From Octopus vulgaris (lineage: Eukaryota): a stretch of 64,000 nucleotides of DNA. The translations under genes and the position numbers were made by a program. Positions 40,561 through 55,556 of this stretch are shown here, in pieces; position 1 is the first letter of the stretch; each line of letters begins with the position of its first letter. A model generated the notes under the pieces. That model did not search any database. It was not told the origin of the DNA and saw only the letters and a program-made list of their open reading frames with translations. The DNA is taken from NCBI GenBank assembly GCA_951406725.2, contig OX597834.1, forward strand, positions 3,410,001 through 3,474,000, given 5' to 3'.

Positions 40561-42511
40561 ATGCACAAGTTTCTTTCTTGACGTTTGTCTATCTTTGAAA
40601 AGAACCATAAATAGAATGCCATCGGCCTTCCTTGTCACGATAGAGTCCCTCCCAAAGCTAGAACAGAAGAATCTGTTTCTTTCTTAATGAATAGAACTGA
40701 GTTCCAGTAAAGTGATGAAGTCACTTGTCTAATATTACATGGTTTGCATATTTTTTCAGAAATAATATTAACAATAATTTAACGGTTGTTCCCACTTTTT
40801 CTTTACGCCAATAAAGTAATTACGACCATACTCATATTGGTGTGTTATAATTCTTTGTTATTTTTATTACCTCAAATGAAGCAAAGCAATGCTGCTTATA
40901 TGCAATTCATAGGTGTAAAACCAATGGTCACTTTATGACTAGCCATAACATTTGGTGAAAGGCTTGGCTGGAAAAGTTCCCCTTTAAAATCATGCATTTG
41001 TCAACCTGTCTATGAGGGCTATAAATCCCAAAACAAACCAACTCAGACCATGATAACCCATCCAATCAATGCTACCATGAGAATATCCCCTACACAAAGG
41101 CAATGATGGTCTCAATGTTACATCAGTAGAAGGCATACGACTCTCTCTCTCTCTCCCTCTAAATTCATTTCTCTTTGCTATTCTGCCCTTTTTATATCCT
41201 GACAGATGACCCCTTACCTTTAGAATGTATCTCAGATGTTTTCTCTTTGGCTTACACTTTTCCAAAAGTTTTAAATTCCATGAAACTTTAGAATTTGGTA
41301 TATGGATGTAATTCTTCACGCTTAATCCAATATTGTTATTCAGATGTTTAAGGTTCAATTATTTGAAGTCAATCAGAAAACAGGATCTAGAAGCTGGCAT
41401 TTTCTACATGATGACAACTTGACGATGACAAAACGTTCAAGGATGGAAGTTTTAATGAATAAAGTCATGTGTAAAGTTGGAACAGGTATGAATTTTTTAT
41501 TATGTTTTTAATGAAAATTTACCAAAAATAGAACCTGAACATTAAATTACAAAAACACAAACTGTAGTTCAGTTCTGGAAGACAATACATATTTTGTAGC
41601 AAAGATTCAAAAGCAGAGTTTGTGAAATAAATTAACACTTTTATATCTCCTGCATCACACAAAAAGGTCTGTAAAAAAGGTAATGAGGCTAATGTCATAG
41701 TATTTAATCTGGTACCCCTTCACAGTGTTACCACATCAATGCCCCAAAGTAAAAAATACACCAATGACTGTAGTTTTCAATTGGCTAAAATTACCTCAAA
41801 TTTGCAAACTTTAAAAAAACTATTAACTTTTCATTTATTAATTTATGGCAAAAATGAGTTTCATTTCCATAATCACTATACAAAAGTACACCAATACACC
41901 TACAATGTTATAGCTTCTTTCATGTTTGAATACACTTGTTACATACGATATTTCCATATGATGAATTTTTTATGTTTGTAGAAAATAGAATGCCGCAATT
42001 GGTTTCACAGAATTTCATTGAACAAATAAATCTTTTTTGTTTGTTGGTTAATAGAGTAATCTTCTGAGCATCTGAAACTCACAAATTTATGAACAAACTG
42101 AAAAATGTACACGTTAAGTTAATTGACAAAAATGAAGTATTTCATGAACTGAAATTTATTCACTGCAAGTCACATTTCATCACTAATGAAGTAATTTTTT
42201 TGCATAAATACATACATGGCTAGATAAGTAAGTATTTTGAGTGACTGGTTTACCACATGTGTCACAGAGGTATGCCTTCTCTCCTCAGTATAAACGTTTG
42301 TCAGTAGCTAAGTCACCATTCTCAGGGAATGATTTACCTAAAAAATCAATGAAATAGTTTCTCTCTTGTGTGACAACGTTTGTGATTAGTTAAGTGATGC
42401 TTCAGAGAGAATGATTTACCACAGGTATCACAGTGATATGGTTTATCTCCTGTATGAGTGTGCTTGTGAGTAATGAGGGTACCTTTTTGAGAGAATGATT
42501 TACCACAAATT

Positions 42512-43339
42512 TCAATGATGTGGTTTCTCTCTTGTGTGACTACGTTTGTGAGTGATTAAGTGACTTTTCTGAGAGAATGATTTACCACAGGTATCACAGT
42601 GATATTGTTTATCTCCTGTATGAGTTTGCTTGTGAGTAATGAGGTTACCTTTTTGAGAGAATGATTTACCAGAAATATCACAGGGAAATGGTTTCTCTCC
42701 TGAATGAATACGTTTGTGAGTAATTAAGTCACCATTTTGAGGGAATGATTTACCACAAATATCACAGTGATATGGTTTCTCTCCTGTGTGACTACGTTTG
42801 TGAGTAATTAAGTGACTTTTCTGAGCGAATAATTTACCACAGATATCACAGTGATATGGTGTCCATCCTGTATGAAATTGCATGTGAGTAATGCGGTGAC
42901 CTTTCTGAGAGAATGATTTACCACAGATATCACATGGAAATGGTTTCTCTCCTGAATGAATACGTTTGTGAGTAATTAAGTCACAATTTTGAGGGAATGA
43001 TTTACCACAAATATCACAGTAATATGGTTTATCTCCTGTGTGACTACGTTTGTGAGTAGTTAAGTGACTGCTCTGAGAGAATGATTTACCACAGATATCA
43101 CAGTGATATGGTTTATCTCCTGTATGAATGTGTTTGTGTGTTGTTAAGTGATGACTTCTTGAGAATGATTTACCACAGATATCACAATGATATGGTTTCT
43201 CTCCTGCATCACAACTGTACACACCCTCTCCTGTACATAACGTTTTATCTTTCTGTCTCTTTACACCAGCAGGGAAACCCATACTTGTAGACTGTGTCTT
43301 ACATGTAACTTTGTTCTCACATAGTTTGTCTTCCATCAT
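42512..43339 (-). CDS. C2H2 zinc-finger protein ZNF5 (8 fingers, one with Cys>Ser)
   Basis: 275-aa ORF; four further finger remnants lie out of frame at ~42190-42511. Confidence 0.85.
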   Translation of the reverse strand: MMEDKLCENKVTCKTQSTSMGFPAGVKRQKDKTLCTGEGVYSCDAGEKPYHCDICGKSFSRSHHLTTHKHIHTGDKPYHCDICGKSFSQSSHLTTHKRSHTGDKPYYCDICGKSFPQNCDLITHKRIHSGEKPFPCDICGKSFSQKGHRITHMQFHTGWTPYHCDICGKLFAQKSHLITHKRSHTGEKPYHCDICGKSFPQNGDLITHKRIHSGEKPFPCDISGKSFSQKGNLITHKQTHTGDKQYHCDTCGKSFSQKSHLITHKRSHTREKPHH

Positions 43340-45074
43340 TTTTCATCTCTCACCACAACAGACAGAGATGTTTTCCTTCTTTTAATTCTTATATGTTTAT
43401 TCCCAACAAATATTCTCTTTTCCTATACTTTCAACGAATGTAATTTTTGTTGATATTTGAAGATACCGTCTACTCAGATTCTTTCATGCCAATGTCATCT
43501 GATATTTCTGAAATAAGAAAGAAAGAATATAGAATATAGGGGAGGCAAATAAAAAGTAGAGATTCAACAGTGAACATTTTACTACATTTCTTCTGCATCA
43601 AAACACTGTGAAGATATAAACTTTTACCTTGGTAATGGAACACATCCCTTCTCCGTACATTAGAGCCAGTGCCAGTTCCAACCTTCCCTATGCCAGTTTC
43701 AGCCTGTCTACAGGAGGTAGGAGCCTAATGCAACAAGGAAAATGCCTCAACAGACACGGAGTGAAACTTTCACAGCAATTTCTTGTTTCAAACAAATGTG
43801 TAATTTGCATACAAAGGTACAAAAAGTATACGTTCATGTGTTCACCCTTATGCATGCATGAATGCACACACACGTGCATGAGCATATACATCAATATATA
43901 AGTCTGTATCTCATAAACATGTGGCCTCACATAAAACCTCAAAAACAACCCAACTCCAACTGACCTAAATTCCTGCTAAAGTTCTCATTCTTTTCTTTTT
44001 CTTAATCCCTTAACCCTTTTCACACAAAACTGCCCCTGGTTCTATGATAAAAATTTACTGCTTTAAAGTGATCGAAATTGAAACTTTCCACCGAAATTTC
44101 ATGTCAGTTTATGCTCCAAACCCCAGACGAATATCGTCAAAATTGCTTTCCTAAGTCTTTGCATATTTCCAAAATTAACTGACATAAAAGCAGGGTATTT
44201 CAAAAGAAATACACTAACGATGGGCTTAATTGAGCTCTGCATATCTCTCTCTGACTCCAAAGGTTATACAAGAGGTTATAGGAGAGCCGACTCGTCTGGG
44301 AGTTAAAAGATCGTTGCTTTAGGAAAATTACTTCTCTTGGTTAGTTTCTTTCCTTTATCTTTGAACCCATCAAAACAAGCAGATGTAGTAGAAAGAGGAC
44401 ACGACCTATACAATGTAAATGTTGTTTCTATTAATGATACTTACATATTTAATAGAGATCCAATGACGAAGATGTCACAATAGATTCAAGGAATCACAAA
44501 TCAGAATGGACATTTTCAGCTTCAACATCACTTGTATATTTTACAAGAAACCCTCATTTAGATTTTCACATCAACATAATAAAGGATGACGATGGCTAAT
44601 TAACAATCACGTATGAATTAACGTGTTTAATTAATTAATTTGGTTAATTGGCAGAAGCATTAAGCAGCGAAAAATGGTCAGAGTTCAAATCCAGACAAAG
44701 TCGACTTTGCTTTCACTCCTTCCGAAATCCATAGAATAAAGTAGCAGTGTGTCACAAAGCAGTTCAAGGAAGGCTTTCATTCAAGCTTTATTTCTGCTCG
44801 CCATCAAATCCGTTAATCACTGATTAATCCGTTAATCCGTTAATCACTGACGTCCAACGATTAAAACGAGTCCTTTTACATCAAGTAAAGACAGCATCCA
44901 TCTAGGAACGTCATTCGACTCATAGCCGCATTTTCGTACTCACTACAAAATAGATGTCTATAATTTTTATTTATTATTTACTGTCGTAGAAATGAATATG
45001 TGACAGGATATTATAATTCATAAGAGTCATCTCTGCAGAGCGAAAAGTGTGTCACGGTGCAAGGGGTCTTAAAT

Positions 45075-46460
45075 AATTCGTCCTGATCTTAGTTTCCTCG
45101 TCTCTTTTTGTCCTTGAATAATAGCCGTTTTGTAACACGTATTATCCTCGTTCATGTAGTCTTTACAAACGTTGTTACCTGTATTATTATTATAGTCTTT
45201 CAGTTACTCTTCGCCAGTTGCTAATCTGCTCGTATTTTCAGGTGCCGTAGTGTGAGCTCCGTTGCTTTGTTAATACATTGCTTCTATTGGTGTACTGTCG
45301 GGATTTGCTCCTTGTTGATTTATTGTTTGTGGATTTTGTTGTTCTGTATCGATCTCTGTTTGTGTAGTTAACCCTGGTTGTGTCTGTGTGTTTTCTTGGC
45401 TCCCTCGATTGAAAGATTGTCCTGCTGGGTCGAGATTGTGTGTCAACACTGCAGCTATTCATCCCTTTCCAAACTGTACGCATGCAAAGTGGAGAGAATC
45501 GTCTTCAAAAATTTAATGTTTTCTATAATTCGATCCCCCTTATTTTTGAGATAGTATTGTGCTTCCGATATTCTGGTGGAATTCAGGTAGAATGTTTCCC
45601 GATATCGATGTTTTTTAAAATTTAAACATTCACTCTTGAGGGTTTGTGTTGGTAGCTCTGCTGAGGAAGCCTCTCGTGGCTGATAGTGCCATGGGAAGGA
45701 CTGCCAACCATTGTCATTTATCTAGTTGTAGTAATGAAGTAAGTGCTAGATTTAAGGTCTTCATGAGGTCCTTTCACATTGGCCATTGCCTTCAGGTCGA
45801 AAGGAAGATGTTCCAGTTTTTATTGTCCCCTTAGTGAGAAGAAAGTCCTTGAGCTTCTTATTATCAGATTCTGTTAGAGAGGATACAACCTGGTGATCCC
45901 AACAATGAAAAGTGTTTGAGCAGATGGGAAATTACTGTTTCGGTACTCATGTCTTTGCCTTGGTATACAAATGGGTGCTTTTGAGTACGCATCGATTATT
46001 ATCAATAAGTAGAGCTATTGTGTAGTTCACAGGACCAACAAATGCGATTGAGAGGTGCTTCCATAGCCTTGATGCTTGTATTAAGTGACTTTTGGAGGTG
46101 ATACTTGAGTTCATTGCATTTAAAAGTGTCATTTTGCAGATTTCATTGAAGGAGACAGGCATGTTCGTACTTAACAGTAGTGAAGTAGGCAGCTCACTCC
46201 TTGGTGGCACAGTTGTTTGTGAAGGGTTACATGCGTTGAAGCATCTCTTGGGGTTACATATCCTGATAGCACATCTGTTGCTTTGATTTGAGTTCCAATG
46301 TCCGTGAGAGAATGTATAACTTGGGTGTGAGAGGTTCAAACAACAGAGTGTAAGTTTTTCACTTTTTAATTTCCATATGCTGTTTTTATTGAAGATAATC
46401 GCTACTGTGCGTTGATCAGTAACGATGTTGCAGTAATGAGAAGTTTGTATCAGGTGGCAT
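45075..46460 (-). mobile_element. Gypsy family B pol relic, array unit 3
   Basis: Copy of 32680-34060. Confidence 0.78.
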
Positions 46461-48390
46461 TAATGCACAACTTTCTTTCTTGACGTTTGTCTATCTTTGA
46501 AAAGAACCACAAATAGAATGCCATCGGCCTTCCTTGTCACGATAGAGTCCCTCCCAAAGCTAGAACAGAAGAATCTGTTTCTTTCTTAATGAATAGAACT
46601 GAGTTCCAGTAAAGTGATGAAGTCACTTATCTAATATTACATGGTTTGCATATTTTTTCAGAAATAATATTAACAGTGACTAATTTTAGGATCATCCCTA
46701 CTTCTTCTTTACGCCAATAAAATAATTACGACCATACTCATATTGGTGTGTTATACTTCTTTGTTATTATTATTATTGTTACCTCAAATGAAGCAAAGCA
46801 ATGCTGAGGATCTTCAGTTTTAAATCAATTATACAAACTAGTTAATTGTTATGGTCAGTCACAGAGTGACCACTGGTTTTGTGCTCATAAAGTAAAGAGT
46901 TCTATTGGTGGCCCAATAAATTCAAATGGCTTAAGGCATAAAACCTCTCTACAACACAGAGCTTATATGCGATTCATAGGTGTAAAACTAATGGTCACTT
47001 TATGACTAGCCATAACATTTGGTGAAAGGCTTAGCTGGAAAAGTTCCCCTTTAAAATCATGCATTTGTCAACCTGTCTAAAACAAACTCAGACCATGATA
47101 ACCTATCCAATCAATGCTACCATGAGAATATCCCCTACACAAAGGCAATGATGGTCTCAATGTTACATCAGTAGAAGGCATACGACTCTCTCTCCCTCTA
47201 AATTCATATCTCTTTGTTAATCTGCCCTTTTTATATCCTGACAGATGACCCCTTACCTTTAGAATGTATCTCAGATGTTTTCTCTTTGGCTTACACTTTT
47301 CCAAAAAGTTTTAAATTCCATGAAACTTTAGAATTTGGTATATGGATGTAATTCTTCACGCTTAATCCAATATTGTTATTCAGATGTTTAAGGTTCAATT
47401 ATTTGAAGTCAATCAGAAAACAGGATCTAGAAGCTGGCATTTTCTACACATGATGACAACTTGACGATGACAAAACGTTCAAGGATGGAAGTTTTAATAA
47501 ATAAAATCACGTGTAAAGTTGGAACAGGTATGAATTTTTTATTATGTTTTTAATGAAAATTTACCAAAAATAGAACCTGAACATTAAATTACAAAAACAC
47601 AAACTGTAGTTCAGTTCTGGAAGACAATACATATTTTGTAGCAAAGATTCAAAAGCAGAGTTTGTGAAATAAATTAACACTTTCATATCTCCTGCACCAC
47701 ACAAAAAGGTCTGTAAAAAAGGTATTGAGGATAATGTCATAGCATTTAATCTGTTACCCCTGTGGGGTGCCCCTTCACAGTGTTACCACATCAACGCCCC
47801 AATGTAAAAATTACACCAATGACTGTAGTTTTCAATTGGCTAAAATTACCTCAAATTTGCAAACTTCAAAAAAGCTATTAACTTTTCATTTATTAATTTA
47901 TGGCAAAAAGGAATTTCATTTCCATAATCACTACACCAATACACCTACAATGTTATAGCTTCTTTCATGTTTGAATACACTTGTTACATACGATATTTCC
48001 ATATGATGAATTTTTTATGTTTGTAGAAAATAGAATGCCGCAATTGGTTTCACAGAATTTCATTGAACAAATAAATCTTTTTTGTTTGTTGGTTAACAGA
48101 GTAATTTTCTGAGCATCTGAAACTCATAAATTCATGAACAAACTGGAAAATGTAAACGTTAATTTAATTGACAAAAATCAAGTATTTCATAAACTGAAAT
48201 TTATTCACTGCAAGTCACATTTCATCATTAATGAAGTTATTTTTTTGCATAAATACATACATGGCTAGATAAGTAAGTATTTTGAGAGACTGGTTTACCA
48301 CGTGTGTCACAGAGGTATGCCTTCTCTCCTCAGTATAAACGTTTGTCAGTAGCTAAGTCACCATTCTCAGGGAATGATTTACCTCAAATT

Positions 48391-49806
48391 TCAATGATAT
48401 AGTTTCTCTCTTGTGTGACTACGTTTGTGAGTGATTAAGTGACTTTTCTGAGAGAATGATTTACCACAGGTATCACAGTGATATTGTTTATCTCCTGAAT
48501 GAGTGTGCTTGTGAGTAATGAGGTTACCTTTTTGAGAGAATAATTTACCACAAATATCACAGGGAAATGGTTTCTCTCCTGAATGAATACGTTTGTGAGT
48601 AGTTAAGTCACCATTTTGAGGGAAAGACTTACCACAAGTATCACAGTAATGTAGTTTATCTCCTGTGTGACTACGTTTGTGAACAATTAAGTGACTTTTT
48701 TGAGAGAATGATTTACCACAGATATCACAGTGATATGGTTTTTCTCCTGTATGAAAATGTTTGTGAGTAATGAGGTTACATTTTTGAGAGAATGATTTAC
48801 CACAAATATCACATGGAAATGGCTTATCTCCTGTGTGACTACGTTTGTGAATAGTTAAGTGACTGTTATGAGAGAATAATTTACCACAGATATCACAGTG
48901 ATATGGTTTATCTCTTGTATGAATGTGTTTGTGAGTAGTTAAGTGACTGCTCTGAGAGAATGATTTACCACAGATATCACAGTAATATGGTTCCTCTCTT
49001 GTATGAATGTGTTTGTGTGTTGTTAAATGACTGTTCCGAGAGAATGATTTACCACAGATATCACAATTGTACACATCCTCTCCTGTATGAATATTATTGT
49101 GTATAGTTAAATGAATTTTTTGAGAGAATGATTTACCACAGATATCACAACGATATGGCTTCTCACCTGTATGAATATGTTTGTGAGTAGATAAGCTACT
49201 AGTGGAAGAGAATGATTTACCACAAATTTCACAATGGTATGGCTTCTCTCCTGTATGAATACGTCTGTGTTTAATTAAATCACTACTTCCAGAAAATGAT
49301 TTACCGCAGATATCACAGTGATACGGCTTCTCTCCTGTATGGATACGTTTGTGAATAGTTACGTCTCCATTTTGAGGGAATGATTTACCACAAATATCAC
49401 AGTGATATGGTTTATCTCCTGTGTGACTACGCTTGTGAGTAGTTAAGTGACTGTTCTGAGAGAATAATTTACCACAGATATCACAATGATATGGCTTCTC
49501 TCCTGTGTGAATACGTCTGTGCTTAATTAAATTACTACTTCCACAAAATGATTTACCACAGATATCACAGTGATATGGTTTATCTCCCGCATGAATGTGC
49601 TTGTGTTTTGTCAAATACTGATTTCTTGAGAATGATTTACCACAGATATCACAATGATATGGTTTCTCTCCTGCATCACAACTGTACACACCCTCTCCTG
49701 TACATAACGTTTTATCTTTCTGTTTCTTTACACCAGCAGGGAAACCCATACTTGTAGACTGTGTCTTACATGTAACTTTGTTCTCACATAGTTTGTCTTC
49801 CATCAT
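48391..49806 (-). CDS. C2H2 zinc-finger protein ZNF6 (15 fingers)
   Basis: 471-aa intact ORF with the same leader as ZNF3-5. Confidence 0.92.
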   Translation of the reverse strand: MMEDKLCENKVTCKTQSTSMGFPAGVKKQKDKTLCTGEGVYSCDAGEKPYHCDICGKSFSRNQYLTKHKHIHAGDKPYHCDICGKSFCGSSNLIKHRRIHTGEKPYHCDICGKLFSQNSHLTTHKRSHTGDKPYHCDICGKSFPQNGDVTIHKRIHTGEKPYHCDICGKSFSGSSDLIKHRRIHTGEKPYHCEICGKSFSSTSSLSTHKHIHTGEKPYRCDICGKSFSQKIHLTIHNNIHTGEDVYNCDICGKSFSRNSHLTTHKHIHTREEPYYCDICGKSFSQSSHLTTHKHIHTRDKPYHCDICGKLFSHNSHLTIHKRSHTGDKPFPCDICGKSFSQKCNLITHKHFHTGEKPYHCDICGKSFSQKSHLIVHKRSHTGDKLHYCDTCGKSFPQNGDLTTHKRIHSGEKPFPCDICGKLFSQKGNLITHKHTHSGDKQYHCDTCGKSFSQKSHLITHKRSHTREKLYH

Positions 49807-51569
49807 TTTTCATCTCTCACCCCAACAGACAGAGATGTTTTCCTTCTTTTAATTCTTATATGTTTATTCCCAACAAATATTCTCTTTTCCTATACTTTCA
49901 ACGAATGTAATTTTTGTTGATATTTGAAGATACCGTCTACTCAGATTCTTTCATGCCAATGTCATCTGATATTTCTGAAATAAGAAAGAAAGAATATAGA
50001 ATATAGGGGAGGCAAATAAAAAGTAGAGATTCAACAGTGAACATTTTACTACATTTCTTCTGCATCAATACACTGTGAAGATATAAACTTTTACCTTGGC
50101 AATGGAACACATCCCTTCTCCGTACATTAGAGCCAGTGCCAGTTCCAACCTTCATTATGCCAGTTTCAGCCTGTCTACAGGAGGTAGGAGCCTAATGCAA
50201 CAAGGAAAATGCCTCAACAGACGCGGAGTGAAACTTTCACAGCAATTTCTTGTTTCAAACAAATGTGCAATTTGCATACAAAGGTACAAAAAGTATACGT
50301 TCATGTGTTCACCCTTATGCATGCATGAATGCACACACACGTGTATGAGCATATACATCAATATATAAGTCTGCATCTCATAAACATCTGGCCTCACATA
50401 AAACCTCAAAAACAACCCAACTCCAACTGACCTAAATTCCTGCTAAAGTTCTCATTCTTTTCTTTTTCTTAATCCCTTAACCCTTTTCACACAAAACTGC
50501 CCCTGGTTCTATGATAAAAATTTACTGCTTTAAAGTGATCGAAATTGAAACTTTCCACCGAAATTTCATGTCAGTTTATGCTCCAAACCCCAGACGAATA
50601 TCGTCAAAATTGCTTTCCTAAGTCTTTGCATATTTCCAAAATTAACTGACATAAAAGCAGGGTATTTCAAAAGAAATACACTAACGATGGGCTTAATTGA
50701 GCTCTGCATATCTCTCTCTGACTCCAAAGGTTATACAAGAGGTTATAGGAGAGCCGACTCGTCTGGGAGTTAAAAGATCGTTGCTTTAGGAAAATTACTT
50801 CTCTTCTTCATTTTCTTTCCTTTATCTTTGAACCCATCAAAACAAGCAGATGTAGTAGAAAGAGGACACGACCTATACAATGTAAATGTTGTTTCTATTA
50901 ATGATACTTACATATTTAATAGAGATCCAATGACGAAGATGTCACAATAGATTCAAGGAATCACAAATCAGAATGGACATTTTCAGCTTCAACATCACTT
51001 GTATATTTTACAAGAAACCCTCATTTAGATTTTCACATCAACATAATAAAGGATGACGATGGCTAATTAACAATCACGTATGAATTAACGTGTTTAATTA
51101 ATTAATTTGGTTAATTGGCAGAAGCATTAAGCAGCGAAAAATGGTCAGAGTTCAAATCCAGACAAAGTCGACTTTGCTTTCACTCCTTCCGAAATCCATA
51201 GAATAAAGTAGCAGTGTGTCACAAAGCAGTTCAAGGAAGGCTTTCATTCAAGCTTTATTTCTGCTCGCCATCAAATCCGTTAATCACTGATTAATCCGTT
51301 AATCCGTTAATCACTGACGTCCAACGATTAAAACGAGTCCTTTTACATCAAGTAAAGACAGCATCCATCTAGGAACGTCTTTCGACTCTAAGCCGCATTT
51401 TCGTACTCAATACAAAAGAAGATTTCTATATTTTTTAGTTATTATTTACTGTCGTAGAAATGAATATATGACGGGATATTATAATTCATAACAGTCATCT
51501 CTGCAGAGCGAAAAGTGAGTCACTGTGCATTCAAAAAGTATAGTCCTTTAGATAATAAGGGGTCTTAAA

Positions 51570-52750
51570 TAATTCGTCCTGATCTTAGTTTTCTCGTCTC
51601 TTTTTGTCCGTGAATAATAGCCGTTTTGTAACACGTATTATCCTCGTTCATGTAGTCTTTACAAGCGTTGTTACCTGTATTATTATTATAGTCTTTCAGT
51701 TACTCTTCGCCAGTTGCTAATCTGCTCGTATTTTCAGGTGCCGTACTGTGAGCTCCGTTGCTTTGTTAATACATTGCTTCTATTGGTGTACTGTCGGGAT
51801 TTGCTCCTTGTTGATTTATTGTTTGTGGATTTTGTTGTTCTGTATCGATCTCTGTTTGTGTAGTTAACCCTGGTTGTGTCTGTGTGTTTTCTTAGCTCCC
51901 TCGATTGAAAGATTGTCCTGCTGGGTCGAGATTGTGTGTCAACACTGCAGCTATTCGTCCCTTTCCAAACTGTACGCATGCGAAGTGGAGAGAATCGTCT
52001 CCAACAATTTAATGTTTTCTATAAGTGGTTCCCCCTTATTTTTGAGATAGTATTGTGCTTCCGATATTCTGGTGGAATTCAGGTAGAATGTTTCCCGATG
52101 TCGATCTCCTTGAAAATTTAAACATTCACTCTTGAGGGTTTGTGTTGGTAGCTCTACTGAGGAAGCCTCTCGTGGCTGATAGTGCCATGGGAAGGACTGC
52201 CAACCATTGTCTTTTATCTAGTTGTAGTAATGAAGTAAGTGCTAGATTTAAGGTGTTCATGAGGGTACCGTTGGTCCTTTCACATTGGCCATTGCCTTCA
52301 GGTCGAAAGGAAGATGTTCCAGTTTTTATTGTCCCCTTAGTGAGAAGGAAGTCCTGGAGCTTCTTATTATCAGATTCTGTTAGAGTGGATACAACCTGGT
52401 GATCCCAACAATGAAAAGTGTTTGAGCAGATGGGAAATTACTGTTTCGGTACCCATGTCTTTGCATTGGTATGCGAATGGGTGCTTTTGAGTACTCATCG
52501 ACTACTATCAATAAGTAGCGCTATTGTGTAGTTCACGGGACCAACAAATTCGATTGATAGGTGCTTCCATAGCCTTGATGCCAGTATTACTTCACCCATA
52601 TGTGGTTTGTGGTAGCACGGTTTGAGATTGTTGCATGTAGAGCAAGCGAGCGTCATTTTGCAGATTTCATTTAGTGAGAGTGGCGGGTATCATACTTTAC
52701 AGTAGTGAAGTAGGTGGGTTACTCATGGGTGGCACAGTTTTTGCGGGGTT
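51570..52750 (-). mobile_element. Gypsy family B pol relic, array unit 4 (more diverged beyond ~52590)
   Basis: Copy of 32680-33830. Confidence 0.75.
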
Positions 52751-52984
52751 GGTATTACGAAGAGCAACCAGCTGTAGAAACTTTGCCAGATCAGATTGGA
52801 ACCTGGTGCAGCCTTCTGTGAATCCCTCCAACCCATGTCAGCACGGTAAGCAGACGTTAAACGACAACAGAGTGGATGAGGTCAAGCCTGGAACACTTTG
52901 ACCACAGATCTGCTTGATCAGGACTGACATGGAGACTAAATTACTACCACCACTGCTGTTGCTACAGTAATGAGTTTATCCTTT

Positions 52985-53352
52985 TATTGTGGCCATGCTG
53001 GAGCACTGCCTTGAAGGATTTTAGTCAAACAAATCAAACCCAGGATTTTTTTTTATTTTTGAAGCCTAGTGCTTATTGTACCGGTTCCTTGTGCTGAGCC
53101 GCTAAGTAACTAGGACATAAAAACACCAATACCAGTTGTTAAGTGGTGACGGGGGGTAGGAGGAAACAACCACAGGTACAAACATATAGATATATATACA
53201 TGGGCTTCTTTCAGTTTCCACCTACCAAATCCACTCACAAGGTTTTTGGTCAGCCCGAGGCTATAGAAGATACTTGCCCCCAGGTGGCATGCGGTCGGAC
53301 TGAACCAAGAACCATGTGGTTGGGAAGCAAGCTTGTTACCACACAGCCATAG
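52985..53352 (-). mobile_element. tRNA-derived SINE family 1
   Basis: Reverse complement of the 14933 SINE; head reads GGCTGTGTGGTAACAAGCTTGCTTCCCAACCACATGG, an uninterrupted target site. Confidence 0.85.
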
Positions 53353-54335
53353 CTGTCCATTAATTTTAGACGAGAGTCACATTTTACCTGATAGATGGAC
53401 AGGTGACAGCAACATAAACCAAATATCTCACAGGTATATATAGACACAGTCCATCAAAGACATTAACAATCGTAAAAATGTAGACAATACTGCTTTATTA
53501 ACTTTAAATAGGGATCACCTACAGAAATGTCAAAGCAATGAATAAACTGTGTAGGTTGTTAGCTGTCAGGACATTGCATACTTTGAAAATTCCTGAAATT
53601 TGTCATCACTACTCCTCACATGTCGAAGCACTCTTTCCTCCTCACCACTCTTACAGTTCATTTTGGTCCCTTTGGGCTTCGATTGTCATTGCTGTCTGTC
53701 TTTACCCGACAGTTGCTATTCTCTGTCCCTTTTTCTACCTTTTTCCAACAAGATGTAATACACTTAAGCCCTGTATACAGAGCTTAAACTCATATTTAAA
53801 TAATGATAACCCATAAAACCTGGTAACTATAATAAATGACAAAGTTTGAAATCAGCAAATAAACTAATTGAAACAATAACAACACAACAAATCGACAAGT
53901 TTATTTCCATGAGTGTAATAATATTTATTCATGTATGTACTTGAATTTTCATTTTTCTCAACAATTTTGATACTAATTTCTTAGCGGTCAAGGAAGAATA
54001 TGTTTTTGACCCTCTGCTTAGGGCCACTTGTCCATTTCCTATAAAAGTTTATGTCTAAACGTATGAATCCGATGAAGACGTATATAACATTTAAACCAGA
54101 TTACACATAAAATACACAAAGCAATGTATAACCAAGTCACGAATGGATGCAATACACACATGATAAAAAATTTGATGGATCCTTCCAAAAGCATTGTAGC
54201 AACACAAAATCAATCTTTTCTTATTTTCTCAGTCATTTTTACTAATTTTAAGAATGTTGTAGATTTATTCACAGAATTACAAGATTGTTAAAGAGAAAAA
54301 GAAAAAAAATCATTTAGCAATATTTATGAATAAAA

Positions 54336-54805
54336 GGCAGAGAGCTGGCACGACGGGCAAAATGTTTCGTGGTATTTCATCTGTCTTTACATTCTGAGTT
54401 CAAATTCTGTTGAGGTCAACTTTGCCTTTCATCCTTTAGGAGGTCGATAAATTATGTACCAGTTGCATACTGGGGTCAAATCAAATTGCCTACCCCCCCC
54501 CCAAAAAAAAATTTCAGGCCTTGTGCCTAGAACAGAAAAGAATATTTATGAATAAAAATTGTTCTCAGTTCAAATTCCACTGGCATCGACCTTGCATTTC
54601 ATCCTTTTAGGATTGATAAAGTAATTACCAGTCACGTACTGGGGTGAATGCAATGAACTTACCCCTCCCTTGAACTTGCTGGCCTTGTGCCAAAATTTGA
54701 AACCAATATCTATGAATAAAAATTATGGGGTCAGCTGGCAAAATTTAGTGCCATTTTGGACATCTTTACATTCCAAGTTCAAACCCCATCGAGGTCTTTC
54801 ATCCT
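54336..54805 (+). mobile_element. Three stacked SINE family 2 copies (54336-54540, ~54561-54704, ~54727-54805)
   Basis: B-box-like GAGTTCAAATTC plus gacttt gcctttcatcc core in each; separated by AATATTTATGAATAAAA at 54319, 54541 and 54705 (1 mismatch). Confidence 0.78.
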
Positions 54806-54809
54806 GTTT

Positions 54810-55265
54810 GAATGTAGTATTATGGACCCGTTTGAAAGGGCTAAAGTCAGACACTTTCCTCTTTGGACAAGGCCTCATCAACTTTTTCAAGTTCCACTTG
54901 AAAAGGAAGACGAGAGTAGAGAGGGAAGGGCTGTCTTGTAGCAAATTTATTGAAAGGTGAGTGAATGTCGGGAAAATGGCCAGTATGAACGGACCAATTC
55001 TGAGATTACACCTGTAAAAAAAAACCGATAAAATAAAAGAAGGGGCTCTCTACCGCTTTTGACCAGGCCCCCGTGGCTTTTATGGGTTTTTCCACGAGTA
55101 ACCTTTCGAAGTGCCTCCCCCTATTGGGAGTTTTATTTGTTATATTTTTCGCTGTTTTTTTAATGTTTACATGGACCTTTCTTTTTCGCAAAACCCTTTC
55201 TACTTTTCGTCCTGTGTTTGTCCTTACATGTTTTTTGATTTATGTTAGCCCTTGTGGCCAATAAA
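54810..55265 (+). mobile_element. 5'-truncated LINE 3' end, probably Tx1/L1-like ORF2 C-terminus and 3' UTR
   Basis: WTRLKGLK..LINFFKFHLKRKTRVERE.LS..KFIER; T-rich UTR ending gcccttgtggccAATAAA. The clade call is from resemblance only. Confidence 0.5.
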
Positions 55266-55296
55266 CCAGAATTAATTATTATTATTATTGTCATTG

Positions 55297-55438
55297 TTCA
55301 GGTCACTGCTTGGAATTGAACTCGGAATCTTGGGGTTAGTAGCCTGCACTCTTAACCACTATGCCATATGGCATAGTGGTTAAGAGCACGGGCTACTAAC
55401 CCCAAGATTCCGAGTTCAATTCCAGGCAGTGACCTGAA
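55297..55438. repeat. Spacer-less palindrome of two head-to-head tRNA-like heads
   Basis: 71-bp arms centred on 55367|55368 with about 4 transition mismatches; TGGCATAGTGGTTAAG and GAGTTCAATTCC boxes; extended by (ATT)n/(AAT)n. Confidence 0.88.
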
Positions 55439-55510
55439 TAATAATAATAATAATAATAATAACATCGAAAAATACCTTAGGAATGAGAACCCAGGTTCGA
55501 AATTTCCCAA

Positions 55511-55556
55511 GACACCTGAAGAAGGCTGGAGGGTATATCAGCTGAAATGTTGTGTT
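55511..55556 (+). ncRNA. Degenerate minimal hammerhead ribozyme motif (Penelope-like element type)
   Basis: GACAC-CTGAAGA-A-GGCTG(n10)CAGCT-GAAA-TGTT-GTGTT: stems I and II pair; GAAAT replaces GAAAC. Confidence 0.55.
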
